Assembly: GCA_002763225.1 (NCBI GenBank)
Contig: PFAI01000018.1
Coordinates: forward strand, 1-18,210
Length of the DNA: 18,210 nt
From: Candidatus Diapherotrites archaeon CG10_big_fil_rev_8_21_14_0_10_31_34
GTDB taxonomy: Archaea > Iainarchaeota > Iainarchaeia > Iainarchaeales > 1-14-0-10-31-34
Reading direction: 5' to 3'
Program-made: the position numbers and the translations under genes
Notes under the pieces: model-generated
Seen by the model: only the letters and a program-made list of their open reading frames with translations
The model's database searches: none
What the model was told of the DNA's origin: nothing
Part shown: positions 6,394 through 15,656 of the stretch, one piece after another
How positions within the stretch are numbered: the first letter of the stretch is position 1
How the letters are laid out: each line of letters starts with the position of its first letter

Positions 6394-6843
6394 TTACTGT
6401 TTTTTCTTTTTTTTAGCAGGTTTTCTTCTGTCAGTTTTTAATTCATAAGCAGGGTAAACTCCGGATTTTGAGCCTAAATTTTTAATAAATTCATTACCAA
6501 CCCCCTTAAAACCAGTTAAATGTTTATTAGTAAAACTCCTTCCTCTATCCTTTCTTTTATCAATATTTTTCTTTACATCAGGAGAAACAACATCAATAAG
6601 TTTTTCATGATACTTAATAATTCTGCTTCCTTTAACACCATTAGAACCAGAAAAAAAACTAAGATTGGTTGTGCCAGAAGTATCAATTACCTTGCTGGCT
6701 GTTTTCCTTCTGTCTGAAACTCCTATTCTTCTGTCATTAACCCCTATTTTTTTTCCAAACTTTGAGGACCCAAACTTAGACTTTCCTAATGGACTTGCTC
6801 TTAAAACATTTTGCAAGTTTTTTATTGACCTAAATTTTTTCAT
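6394..6843 (-). CDS. Basic Lys/Arg/Gly/Ser-rich hypothetical protein with DRR motifs
   Basis: 149 aa from ATG 6843, with GGGGATTTA-ATG SD context and an upstream BRE/TATA. Contains NDRR, SDRRK, DKRK, TDRRK and a poly-K tail. Confidence 0.75.
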   Translation of the reverse strand: MKKFRSIKNLQNVLRASPLGKSKFGSSKFGKKIGVNDRRIGVSDRRKTASKVIDTSGTTNLSFFSGSNGVKGSRIIKYHEKLIDVVSPDVKKNIDKRKDRGRSFTNKHLTGFKGVGNEFIKNLGSKSGVYPAYELKTDRRKPAKKKKKQ

Positions 6844-7060
6844 TAAATCCCCAATCAAATAAAGCAATAGAAGTTAATAAACTTTTCTGGTAAAAAAGCG
6901 GCGTAGAAATCCTCTGAGTTTAAAGAAAAATTGTGTGGATTCCAATTATTTTTAACCAAAAAAACCAAATAAAACAAACTTCAATTNNNNNNNNNNNNNN
7001 NNTTAAATCAAAAAACATACTTTAATAAATACTTAAAGCGTTTTTTATGCAGGTGAAGCC

Positions 7061-7810
7061 ATGGAAAAAGAAGAAATAAAAATAGAGTTTGTTGAAAAAA
7101 TTCCGGTGAATTTTTCCGGTTATACTTTAATTGAAGGATTTCCCGGAATGGGTTTAGTCGGGACAATCGGCGCAAAGTATTTGGCTGAAAAAATGAAGTT
7201 TGAAGAAATAGGCTTTATTGACGCAAATATTTTTATCCCAATAATAAGAATTCATGATGGCATCCCGGTTAATCCTTCAAGAATTTATGTTCACAGAGAA
7301 AAAAAAATTGCAATAATTATTTCAGAGCAAATTATTCCAAAATATTACACTGAAAAAATGGCTAAATCAATTGTTGAATGGATTGAAGAAAACAATTTTT
7401 CCAGACTGATTTCATTAGAAGGAATTAATGCAGGAGAAACAGGACAGGAAAAAATTTATGGAATTGCATCTAACCCTAAATCCTTAGAGTTGCTGAAAAA
7501 ATACAAGGTTCAGTCAATAAAAGAAGGAATTACAACAGGAATAACTTCACTTATTTTATTGGAATTAAAAAAAGATGAGAACTTTGAAGCAATCAGTTTG
7601 CTTGGAAACGTTAATTTGCAGGCAGACTATAAGGCTTCAGCAAGCATACTCAAAAAATTATCTGAAATGCTGGAACTGTCAATTGACACTGCCCCATTAA
7701 TAAATGAAGCAAAAAAAACAGAAAAAGAATTATTAAAGCATTTCCAGGACATAAAAAAAACAGGCGACAAAATGGAAAAATTCGAAGACCAAACACCAAT
7801 GACCACTTAA
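7061..7810 (+). CDS. PAC2 family proteasome assembly chaperone (PbaA/PbaB-like)
   Basis: Motifs LIEGFPGMGLVGTI, IISEQIIP, GITTGITSLIL and ADYKASA. SD AGGTGA. 249 aa. Confidence 0.92.
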   Translation: MEKEEIKIEFVEKIPVNFSGYTLIEGFPGMGLVGTIGAKYLAEKMKFEEIGFIDANIFIPIIRIHDGIPVNPSRIYVHREKKIAIIISEQIIPKYYTEKMAKSIVEWIEENNFSRLISLEGINAGETGQEKIYGIASNPKSLELLKKYKVQSIKEGITTGITSLILLELKKDENFEAISLLGNVNLQADYKASASILKKLSEMLELSIDTAPLINEAKKTEKELLKHFQDIKKTGDKMEKFEDQTPMTT

Positions 7811-7870
7811 AAGAAAGAATTAAAAAAAAAGAAAAACAATAATTAAATAGAAAAAAGGAAAGGAAGCAAG

Positions 7871-8972
7871 ATGGCTATAAGAAGACGTGCAGGTATTGGC
7901 GGGGGAAGTGGGAATCTGCTTAACCGAAGGAGAGCTAAAGGAAAAAGACAAACAGGCACTCATGTGTTTTACCTCCCTAAAAAAGTAACAGTAGAAATGG
8001 ATTCAGGAACCAAAACAAAAAAGAAAGCAGCTCCAAAAAAGAAAACTACAGCAAAAAAAACCACTTCTAAATCAGCAACAACAAAAAAAACCACTTCAAA
8101 AACAACCACAAAAAAAGCAACTAATTCTGGAGCATCTGCAAGTTCAACAAATACTAATTTAACAAATATTAGTCCAACAACTACAAATACATATAATAAT
8201 TACTATGCACACAAAGAAGGAACTGGCAGAGAAAGAGAAACCCAAAGAAGAGAACCAACAACAACAGAAAAAAGGTCTTTAACTGTAAAAGAAATTATTG
8301 CAGAAGAAACAAGAAATTATTATGCAAGCCAGATAAAAAAAGAAGAAAANNNNNNNNNNNNNAAGAGATGAAGTAAAAAAAAATCTTGGAAGACTAAAAG
8401 CAGAAGAAGAAGCACTAAAAAGGCATAAACTTCTTATATTGCTTAGAGGCTCAAAAGAATTCAGAGGAGAATTTTGGGGGGACGCAAACTTAGTTCATCC
8501 AACTGACCCATTCAAAAACAATTTAGATTACATTATAAAACTTAAAAAAACAAAAAAATGGAATGAAGCTATGGCAAGAGCACAAAAAGCAGGAAAAGCA
8601 TGGGAAGACGGTTCACTTCTAAGAAAATATGAAAGAACTTTAACAAACATTATTGGAAGACATGAATATTATTCAGATAAACTAAAATATAAAGCTTTAT
8701 TTGAAAGGTTTGGAGGAAGCATTAAAAAATTATGTGAAATAACCGGATTAGAAAGAATTGGTCTTTCTTTAAATCCAGGAACATTTATCAGGCTACCTGG
8801 ATTAAGAGAATACAGAATGGATTTAGCTAAAATGAATAATCTTGCCATAGTTAAAGCAATAGATTTACATAAACAACATGAACAAAGTTTAGCTATAAGC
8901 AAAGGCGCTTTAAATGAATTAGAAAGAAATAAAGCAAAAAGCTATGAAGCACTAAAAAAGAAAGCACCCTAA
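7871..8972 (+). CDS. Hypothetical basic protein with histone-H1-like Lys/Thr-rich segment; single gene interrupted by an assembly gap
   Basis: The ORF from 7871 is open up to the N run (8350-8362). The frame of 8439-8972 is open back to the gap (RDEVKKNLGRLKAEEEALKRHKLLILLRG), so the two track ORFs are probably one ~365-aa gene. Confidence 0.75.
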
Positions 8973-11900
8973 TTTTTTTTTCTAAAAGAAAACTGTGTTA
9001 ACAGCATGCAACAAATTAATGCAGCCATAAACAAAGTTAAATAAAACAAGTTTTCAGGTAAAGAAGGCAAATCCCATAGATTGGGGGCAGTTTTGTCATT
9101 TAAATTAATGTTCATTGTATTGGCTCCTGGAACAGCACTGACATTTCCATGGTCATCCACAGTTGTTTTGATTCCCTGCTGTCTGAATAAATCAAGCAAT
9201 GGAAGCAATTGAGCGTTTTCTGCATACCACATTCCTGTTTCTGGGTCATACCACATGCTTCCGTTTTGTCCTCCAATTGTTCTAAGCAATTCTTTTACTC
9301 CATTGTAATCCAAGAAAGGCCTTCCATCTTCAGTTGAAAAACCAAAATCGTGAGTTTGCCCGTCAGCTGTCTTAACTTCAAATCCATCAGGAGTTGAAGT
9401 CAAAGATTCAATTGCTTCATCATATTCAATGTTTCCTGTTTCATTATCAATTATTCTTAAATGAACCTGGCAGTCTTCGTCTTCATAAAACACATAAGTT
9501 TTTTTATCTGTTTTAAAAATATTATATGGCCCCATTTTATCCAGAGACTGATTAAACAATTTTGCTTTCTCTGTTTTTGCAGGGCTTTCAGGGTCGCCTA
9601 AAACAGCTAAATCAAAAACATATTCTTCACAACCGGTAACAGGATTAACTTGTGTGTCAGGAGTAACTTTTAATCCAAAAACATCTGTTTGATCAAGCTT
9701 TCCCTGTTCATGATGTTTTAACCAAAAAATAAATTCATTTGTTGATTCCTTGTATAAAATAAAACCGTTTTCAAAATACATTGCAGTAAGCTTTCCTAAC
9801 TCTGGATCATCGTCTTTTGAATTAATTAATTTAACGCTTCTGTCTCCATAAACTTCTAATCCTGGGTCAGTAAAAGCAACTTTTCTTGGAATTCCTTCAG
9901 CAATAATTTGTCCGTTTTCAACAAAAACACTTGAATGAGTTAAAGTTTTTAATTCCTGGAATTTACCAAAAGCCTCGCTTAAATTATTTGAGTTTAATGG
10001 TAAACCAGTCTGAAGCATTACTCCTTCTTTAATACAATTCAATAAATCACTGTCTTCAACTATTATGTCAGATGAATCTCCAAGAGAATTAATCTTTAAT
10101 CTAAAAACTAACTGAGAAGGATCTCCGGAAAATCTGGCTAAAGTTAAATCATTTGGGTATTCTATTGCAGGAATAGCCAAATTTGTTGAGGCAACCCTGA
10201 CATGGTCTTCTGAAGTTAAAACTGGTTCGCCGTCAACAGTTAAAGTGCCTGTTTCATTATCTGATACAACTGTCTGACCATTAGTTCCTTTAATAACAGT
10301 TTTTCCTGTTGTTTTGTATTCAGCTGGTTCAATATTTGTTCCCCCTGCAGCCCAAAAATAAAATAATCTTATTCCATTCATCATTCCTCTGGAAAAACCT
10401 GAAGTATCATAAGTTGCCTGAACTAAATCAGAGCTTTTTGCTCCACCTGAAAGAGAATCTAATTGGTCTTCAACATTTTTTACTGCATCCTGAGTTAAAG
10501 TTCCTGTTCCTGTTAACATTTCTTCCATTTGAGCTGAAGCATCATCAATTAAATTAGAAACTTTTTGAGTTGAATATTCAACAGTATTTTCTTTTACCTG
10601 TTCTTGTTCTTCAAAAGCAGGAACAAAAAAATGAGTATAATATCCTTCACTTGAATCAACACAATCCTGTAGTTTTGCTGCAACAACAAACTGCTGGACA
10701 GCAGAAACAATTGAACCACCCATTCCAAAAACAAAATAAGAAGCTGCTTCAGTTGCAGCCAAATACAATCCAGGATTAATTCCATGCTTGTCTGCAAAGC
10801 CTACTCCATAACCTGCTTCTTCTATTGCATCCTGACAAGTCTTTTTTTCTTTTATTGCTTCACTTAAAATAATTTTTTCCGGAATTCCATCAGGAGTTTT
10901 TCCCTGCAAATCCATGTGATGAGCATAATTAATTAATACTGCTCCATTATCCTGCTCGTCTTTTGGAGTGTCTTCTAATACAATTGAAGAAGTCTTACTT
11001 TTAGATTTAAAGAACGCAGAAAAATCACTTTTTCCAGCTGAAGTCAAAGTTATTCCACAACCCAAACAATTCTCTGAAGTATTAGAATAAATTGCAATGT
11101 TTCCAACTTCAGTTCTTAATCCTCCGTCAGGTTTAGTGTAACGGTCATATTGTGCTTTAACCGGATTAAATTGATCTGAAAGAGTATTCAAAACATATTT
11201 CCAGGGAAGATTGTTTATTACTCTTGCAAACAAGTCTCCTTCATCTGAACCAGAATTAGCAAAAAAATCAATATAAGCATCATCATATAATTGGTCTTGT
11301 CCGGAAGAATAATTAACTGTTCTCCAGCTTTCTGGAAGCATGTAAGCGCTTAATTCATCTACTCCAAAACCTCTTTTTGCCTGCCAATAAACATATGGAA
11401 CAACAGTATATTTTGCTGCTCCCCCAACAGTTCTAAAATAAGCACTAGCTAATTTTTCTTCATTAGCAAACACTTTATCCATTGCATTAAAATAACTTCT
11501 TTCAGCCCATTGTCTTTCCCTTAAAGCACCCCATAATTGTTTATTCATTGCAGCTGCCTTTTGAAGCCTTTTAGTTGGTTTGTCTGCAAGAATGTCTCCC
11601 ATTTGTTCTGGTTTAAGAACTCCTGCTTCCTTCCATGTCCCTTTATATAATTTAATGTCTCCCGGAACCTGCTCTAAAATAAACTCTTTAGTGTTATCCC
11701 TTATTTCAATAAAGCCATGCCCTGGAATATTAGCATAAAGGTCTTCTGTCTTGCTTCTTGCAACCCAAGCCTTTAAATCCCCTCTTGGAATGATATCTCC
11801 TGTCAAAGAAGGCTCAAGCTTGTAATAAACCAAGTCATCTCCAATTGTTTCCCAATGCCTTGCAGCATTAGCAAAAGTTCCTGGCTCAAAATCTGTTGCC

Positions 11901-13483
11901 TCCCTCATTGCAAAATCATATTTTCCATTTCCTCCAAACCATTTCATAATATTATTCCAGACATCTGTGTCAGCTGAAATAGTCTGAACATTCCCTGTCC
12001 TGACATTTTTAAGTCCTTTATTCCATAAACCAAGCCTTTCCATTGCAGCAATAGAATTAGGAAAATCTGCATCCAAATCATCATCAAATTTTCCATATAA
12101 TCTAGACATTTTTGCTCCATATGTTCTTCTTGCTTCAATTCCCTGAGGAGTATTCAGCCCTAACTCTCTATTCCCTCCGCCGGCTAATTCAACTATTTCA
12201 TCCATTTCTTTTTTTGCTTCCTGACCATAATCATCTGCAGTGGTTGCATATCTCTTCAAATCTTTTATTAACTGAACAAACTCTTTCTTTTTTTCAACAG
12301 TAATTTTTCCATTATCATATAAAGGAGAAGTCTTTGGATTCAAATACTTGGTTATGATTTTTGAAGTAGCTTCACTGTCAGCCATTCCTTTTTCATAAAT
12401 TGTTGCCTGAACAAATTCTTCATAAAATTCAGAAAACCCATCATACTTGTTTTTTTGTGCCACAATTCTTGGGCCCAATTGTTTTCCAAAAAAAGCATCA
12501 GGGCCCCATAACTTCATTCTCATGTTCTGGATTAATTTAGTGTTTTCAACATCAATGAATTTTGCTCCAAATAATCCTCTTCTTGCACTTAAACCAAACA
12601 ATTTTTTTGCTCCAAACAATAGTGTTGGACCGGCAGTCTGAATAACCATATTAGAAGAAAACCACTGATTAAAATGCTTGTCAAAAAAAGAATACAATGA
12701 AATAGTACAAGAAGAATCCCTGCAGGTTGTTCCCATTGAAGCAGTAAAATCATCAGTTAAAACACTGTTGCCCATATATTTTCCTGGAACTTTTTTCACT
12801 ATTGTTCCGGCAAAATCTGCTTCATCTCCTGACTCATAATAATCTTTCAGCATTTGTTTTGTGTCTACAGGAAGCTGTTCACCGGGAACATCATTTTTTT
12901 CTCCAAACCAGTCACTCATCAAACCCTTAAAGTCCTTCCAAACAGAAACAAAATCTTCTTTAAATCCTTCTCCATCAGTTCTTAAAGTCAAAAAATTTCC
13001 CATTAAAGGGCAGTCAGCTTCATTATCCCTGCACTGGCCTAACCTCAAAGAATCATTTAATAATAATCCAAAAGAATATGCTCCATCATACCTGTTGTTC
13101 AGCAAAAAAGAAACTTCATCTGCAGTAATTTCTTTGTTAGGCAGTTCCATTTTTACTGCTTCATTTGAATCAGGTGAAACAAGCAAAGCAGTATTATTTT
13201 CTAATGTTTCCCTGTCTTTTAATGGCTCAGTTCCTGCAGAAAGTTCTCCTCCGGTAAACCCTGTTTCCAAAATGCTTTTCTGAAAAGCCTGAACTTCTTC
13301 AGGAGTCAAAGAACTCTGAGAACAATTAAAAGTGTTAGTTAAATCAGGATCAGCAAAAAATAGTTCTTCAGAAGAAAAAGATTCCTTCGAAAACAGTTTT
13401 TCAGAAGATGCAGCCAAAGCTAAAGGCGAATTAACCAATAAAGAGATTATCAATGCAATCATGAAAATATTTTTTTTATCCAT
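8969..13483 (-). CDS. 1504-aa secreted, C-terminally membrane-anchored surface protein of unknown function
   Basis: Sec-type signal peptide MDKKNIFMIALIISLLVNSPLALA and C-terminal LPSLPE + hydrophobic helix + RKKN. Cys residues and N-x-S/T sequons occur in the N- and C-terminal parts. SD GGTGA. Confidence 0.9.
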   Translation of the reverse strand: MDKKNIFMIALIISLLVNSPLALAASSEKLFSKESFSSEELFFADPDLTNTFNCSQSSLTPEEVQAFQKSILETGFTGGELSAGTEPLKDRETLENNTALLVSPDSNEAVKMELPNKEITADEVSFLLNNRYDGAYSFGLLLNDSLRLGQCRDNEADCPLMGNFLTLRTDGEGFKEDFVSVWKDFKGLMSDWFGEKNDVPGEQLPVDTKQMLKDYYESGDEADFAGTIVKKVPGKYMGNSVLTDDFTASMGTTCRDSSCTISLYSFFDKHFNQWFSSNMVIQTAGPTLLFGAKKLFGLSARRGLFGAKFIDVENTKLIQNMRMKLWGPDAFFGKQLGPRIVAQKNKYDGFSEFYEEFVQATIYEKGMADSEATSKIITKYLNPKTSPLYDNGKITVEKKKEFVQLIKDLKRYATTADDYGQEAKKEMDEIVELAGGGNRELGLNTPQGIEARRTYGAKMSRLYGKFDDDLDADFPNSIAAMERLGLWNKGLKNVRTGNVQTISADTDVWNNIMKWFGGNGKYDFAMREATDFEPGTFANAARHWETIGDDLVYYKLEPSLTGDIIPRGDLKAWVARSKTEDLYANIPGHGFIEIRDNTKEFILEQVPGDIKLYKGTWKEAGVLKPEQMGDILADKPTKRLQKAAAMNKQLWGALRERQWAERSYFNAMDKVFANEEKLASAYFRTVGGAAKYTVVPYVYWQAKRGFGVDELSAYMLPESWRTVNYSSGQDQLYDDAYIDFFANSGSDEGDLFARVINNLPWKYVLNTLSDQFNPVKAQYDRYTKPDGGLRTEVGNIAIYSNTSENCLGCGITLTSAGKSDFSAFFKSKSKTSSIVLEDTPKDEQDNGAVLINYAHHMDLQGKTPDGIPEKIILSEAIKEKKTCQDAIEEAGYGVGFADKHGINPGLYLAATEAASYFVFGMGGSIVSAVQQFVVAAKLQDCVDSSEGYYTHFFVPAFEEQEQVKENTVEYSTQKVSNLIDDASAQMEEMLTGTGTLTQDAVKNVEDQLDSLSGGAKSSDLVQATYDTSGFSRGMMNGIRLFYFWAAGGTNIEPAEYKTTGKTVIKGTNGQTVVSDNETGTLTVDGEPVLTSEDHVRVASTNLAIPAIEYPNDLTLARFSGDPSQLVFRLKINSLGDSSDIIVEDSDLLNCIKEGVMLQTGLPLNSNNLSEAFGKFQELKTLTHSSVFVENGQIIAEGIPRKVAFTDPGLEVYGDRSVKLINSKDDDPELGKLTAMYFENGFILYKESTNEFIFWLKHHEQGKLDQTDVFGLKVTPDTQVNPVTGCEEYVFDLAVLGDPESPAKTEKAKLFNQSLDKMGPYNIFKTDKKTYVFYEDEDCQVHLRIIDNETGNIEYDEAIESLTSTPDGFEVKTADGQTHDFGFSTEDGRPFLDYNGVKELLRTIGGQNGSMWYDPETGMWYAENAQLLPLLDLFRQQGIKTTVDDHGNVSAVPGANTMNINLNDKTAPNLWDLPSLPENLFYLTLFMAALICCMLLTQFSFRKKN

Positions 13484-13491
13484 TCATTCAC

Positions 13492-14028
13492 CTAAGCAAA
13501 ATAAATCAAGTAAACTGCTCCAGGAATAATCCAAGGCATTAAAAACAATACAATAAACAATCCAACTCCGGTTGCGGCAAAAACCGAAAAGAAAAAATTA
13601 ATGAATGTATTCCACTTAAACTTTTTGTCTAAAAAATCAAAAGCAAAAGCTCCGACAAAAGCTAAAGGCAAAACAAAAATAGAAAACACTAAAGCAACTG
13701 CAATCATTTTAATTAACACTGAACCAGCTAAATAAAAAAATTCTCCTAAAGTAAGTTTCAATGGTTCAGGAACTGTTCCTAAATCAACTGACAAAAAAGA
13801 GTCAATTACAGGCCAGACAAAAACCACTAACAAAAGCAAAACAAAAACAAAAAAACTGCTGACAAAAGTTTTCTGCATCCAGTTTAATTTAAACTTTTTT
13901 TCCAGTAATTCCCTGGAAAAAAAATAACCCAATAAAAACAATAAAAATACTGCAATAGACAAAAAAAACGTTCCTCTAATAAAATCAAAAACCGAAAAAA
14001 GGACATCTATTAAAATATTCTCAACCAT
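13492..14028 (-). CDS. Hypothetical multi-pass membrane protein (~4-5 TM)
   Basis: 178 aa with long hydrophobic runs. Ends 8 nt before the 1504-aa gene, so they are probably co-transcribed. Confidence 0.85.
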   Translation of the reverse strand: MVENILIDVLFSVFDFIRGTFFLSIAVFLLFLLGYFFSRELLEKKFKLNWMQKTFVSSFFVFVLLLLVVFVWPVIDSFLSVDLGTVPEPLKLTLGEFFYLAGSVLIKMIAVALVFSIFVLPLAFVGAFAFDFLDKKFKWNTFINFFFSVFAATGVGLFIVLFLMPWIIPGAVYLIYFA

Positions 14029-14081
14029 TACAGAAAATAAAGGGAAAACTAATATAAATAACTAATGCTTTTAGTTATTAT

Positions 14082-14888
14082 ATGGCAGAAAAAACTCCAA
14101 GAAGAATGAAAAGATTTAACCGGGAAAAAAACAAAAAAATAGTGGAAAAACTTAAAGGGATTCCGGAAAAAAAACAAAAAGACTTTTCAAAGAAATTAAA
14201 AATACAAAAAGAAACTCCTGATTCAATAGCTGAAACTATTTTTGAACAACTAAAACAAAAAGAAGAAAGACAAAAGCTAATAGAAAAAGAAAACAAAAAA
14301 AGTAAAAGTAAAAATGCTGAAAGCATTATTCAAAAAAGTTCTTTTGATAAACGCCAGTCTTTTGGAAAAAAGCAGGCCAATGAAACCAGAGAAGAAGAAA
14401 TTCCTTTATGGAAGAAAAAAAGAATGGAAAGATTAGGGCAAACTAAAGAGAAAAAAAATATTGAAAAACCAGTTCAAGAAAAAGAAGAAAAAACTGAATT
14501 AAAAAGAAAACACGGCAAAAAAGGAAAAAAAGAAATTGAACCAGAAGAAAAAGAAATTGAATTAGATGAAATAAAAGGAACAAAAATAAATGGGTTGTTT
14601 GGAGACCTTAAAAAAACTAAATCTGGTTTAGCAAAAAAAGAGTTAGATGAACTAAACTTAGATTTAGAATTAGATGAATTAGATGAAGAAGAAACACCTG
14701 AATTAGATGATTCAGATGAAACAGAAAAAAAAGGAGTTTGTGTTAACTGCAAACAGGAATTCAATGAACTGATTTTTTGCTCTAAATGCGGTAATGCTTT
14801 CTGCGATAAATGCGCTAAAATAAAACACAAAGAAGGAACAAAAACAAAGTATGTTTGTCCTCACTGCGGGAATGTAACAAAAAAATAA
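14082..14888 (+). CDS. Charged low-complexity protein with C-terminal Cys8 zinc finger
   Basis: Lys/Glu-rich N-terminus, acidic linker (ELDELNLDLELDELDEEE) and C-x2-C-x9-C-x2-C-x4-C-x2-C-x14-C-x2-C. Confidence 0.85.
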   Translation: MAEKTPRRMKRFNREKNKKIVEKLKGIPEKKQKDFSKKLKIQKETPDSIAETIFEQLKQKEERQKLIEKENKKSKSKNAESIIQKSSFDKRQSFGKKQANETREEEIPLWKKKRMERLGQTKEKKNIEKPVQEKEEKTELKRKHGKKGKKEIEPEEKEIELDEIKGTKINGLFGDLKKTKSGLAKKELDELNLDLELDELDEEETPELDDSDETEKKGVCVNCKQEFNELIFCSKCGNAFCDKCAKIKHKEGTKTKYVCPHCGNVTKK

Positions 14889-15656
14889 TCAGGGAGCAGC
14901 AGCTGCCTCTAACTCTAAAACATCTTCTCTTAACACGCAGTCTAAATCAACAAACAATGGGTTCTCTGAATTAAAATCATTCGGAGACCATAAAATTAAC
15001 TGGATTTCTCCTTCCCTGAATTCAGTGTCTCCAATTACAGGCAAATAAAGAGATGAAACCGCTTGTCCTTTTGCTCCGACAAAAACAATAAAATGATTTA
15101 TTTTATTTTGATTAAATGCAGTTAAATCATTATAATTGCAGTAATAATCTTTTTGCACTGCAGTAACATCTGTGATAAAAGCACCTGATGCAGTTGAAGT
15201 AAACTCTTTTCTTGACATAAAAAAATACGGATAGCTGTAAGGACTAAGATTAACTTTAATGTAAACCAGGTAATCAAAAGAATTTCTTACAGGCATCATT
15301 ACTTTTTTGATTGAATCAGTTAATTCTTCCCTGAAAAAATTAATGTTTTCATCATCAGCATAATCTTCTTTTACTGCTGCAATCAAATAATCAACTTCCT
15401 CTGAACAAGAATCTGGAGTGCAATCATCTCCAAACTTTCCGTCAACAGTTAAAGGCAGTCCATCTCTTGCAAAAGAAGAATACAAAATTGTTTTTAATGC
15501 ACTGACAGCATAATCTGAGCCAAACTTTGAATTAGAATATTCTCCTACAGTTCTTCCATACTGGGAACTGAAAAAAAACAAAAAAGAAACCAAAGACATT
15601 ACAATCAGCAAAAAAAACAATGCATCAGTTATTGCTGCCTGCCCTTTATAATTCAT
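14889..15656 (-). CDS. Pilin-like protein with class III signal peptide
   Basis: MNYKG|QAAITDALFFLLIVMSLVSFLFFF. ATG 15656 overlaps the upstream stop (ATGA). Contains several Cys. Confidence 0.85.
   Translation of the reverse strand: MNYKGQAAITDALFFLLIVMSLVSFLFFFSSQYGRTVGEYSNSKFGSDYAVSALKTILYSSFARDGLPLTVDGKFGDDCTPDSCSEEVDYLIAAVKEDYADDENINFFREELTDSIKKVMMPVRNSFDYLVYIKVNLSPYSYPYFFMSRKEFTSTASGAFITDVTAVQKDYYCNYNDLTAFNQNKINHFIVFVGAKGQAVSSLYLPVIGDTEFREGEIQLILWSPNDFNSENPLFVDLDCVLREDVLELEAAAAP

Noticed and set aside
6520..6862. Plus-strand ORFs 6520-6717 and 6665-6862
   Set aside because: They are antisense to 6394-6843, which has promoter and SD support.
6987..7002. N run as a biological feature (also 8350-8362)
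   Set aside because: These are scaffold gaps of uncertain true length. The apparent stop at 8371 and start at 8439 are probably artefacts of the second gap.
8669..14830. Short ORFs overlapping the large genes (8669-8902, 10309-10557, 10570-10779, 10594-10797, 11944-12138, 12112-12303, 12447-12641, 12861-13283, 13332-13529, 14078-14326, 14474-14830)
   Set aside because: They are nested in or antisense to long ORFs and have no recognisable motifs or translation signals.
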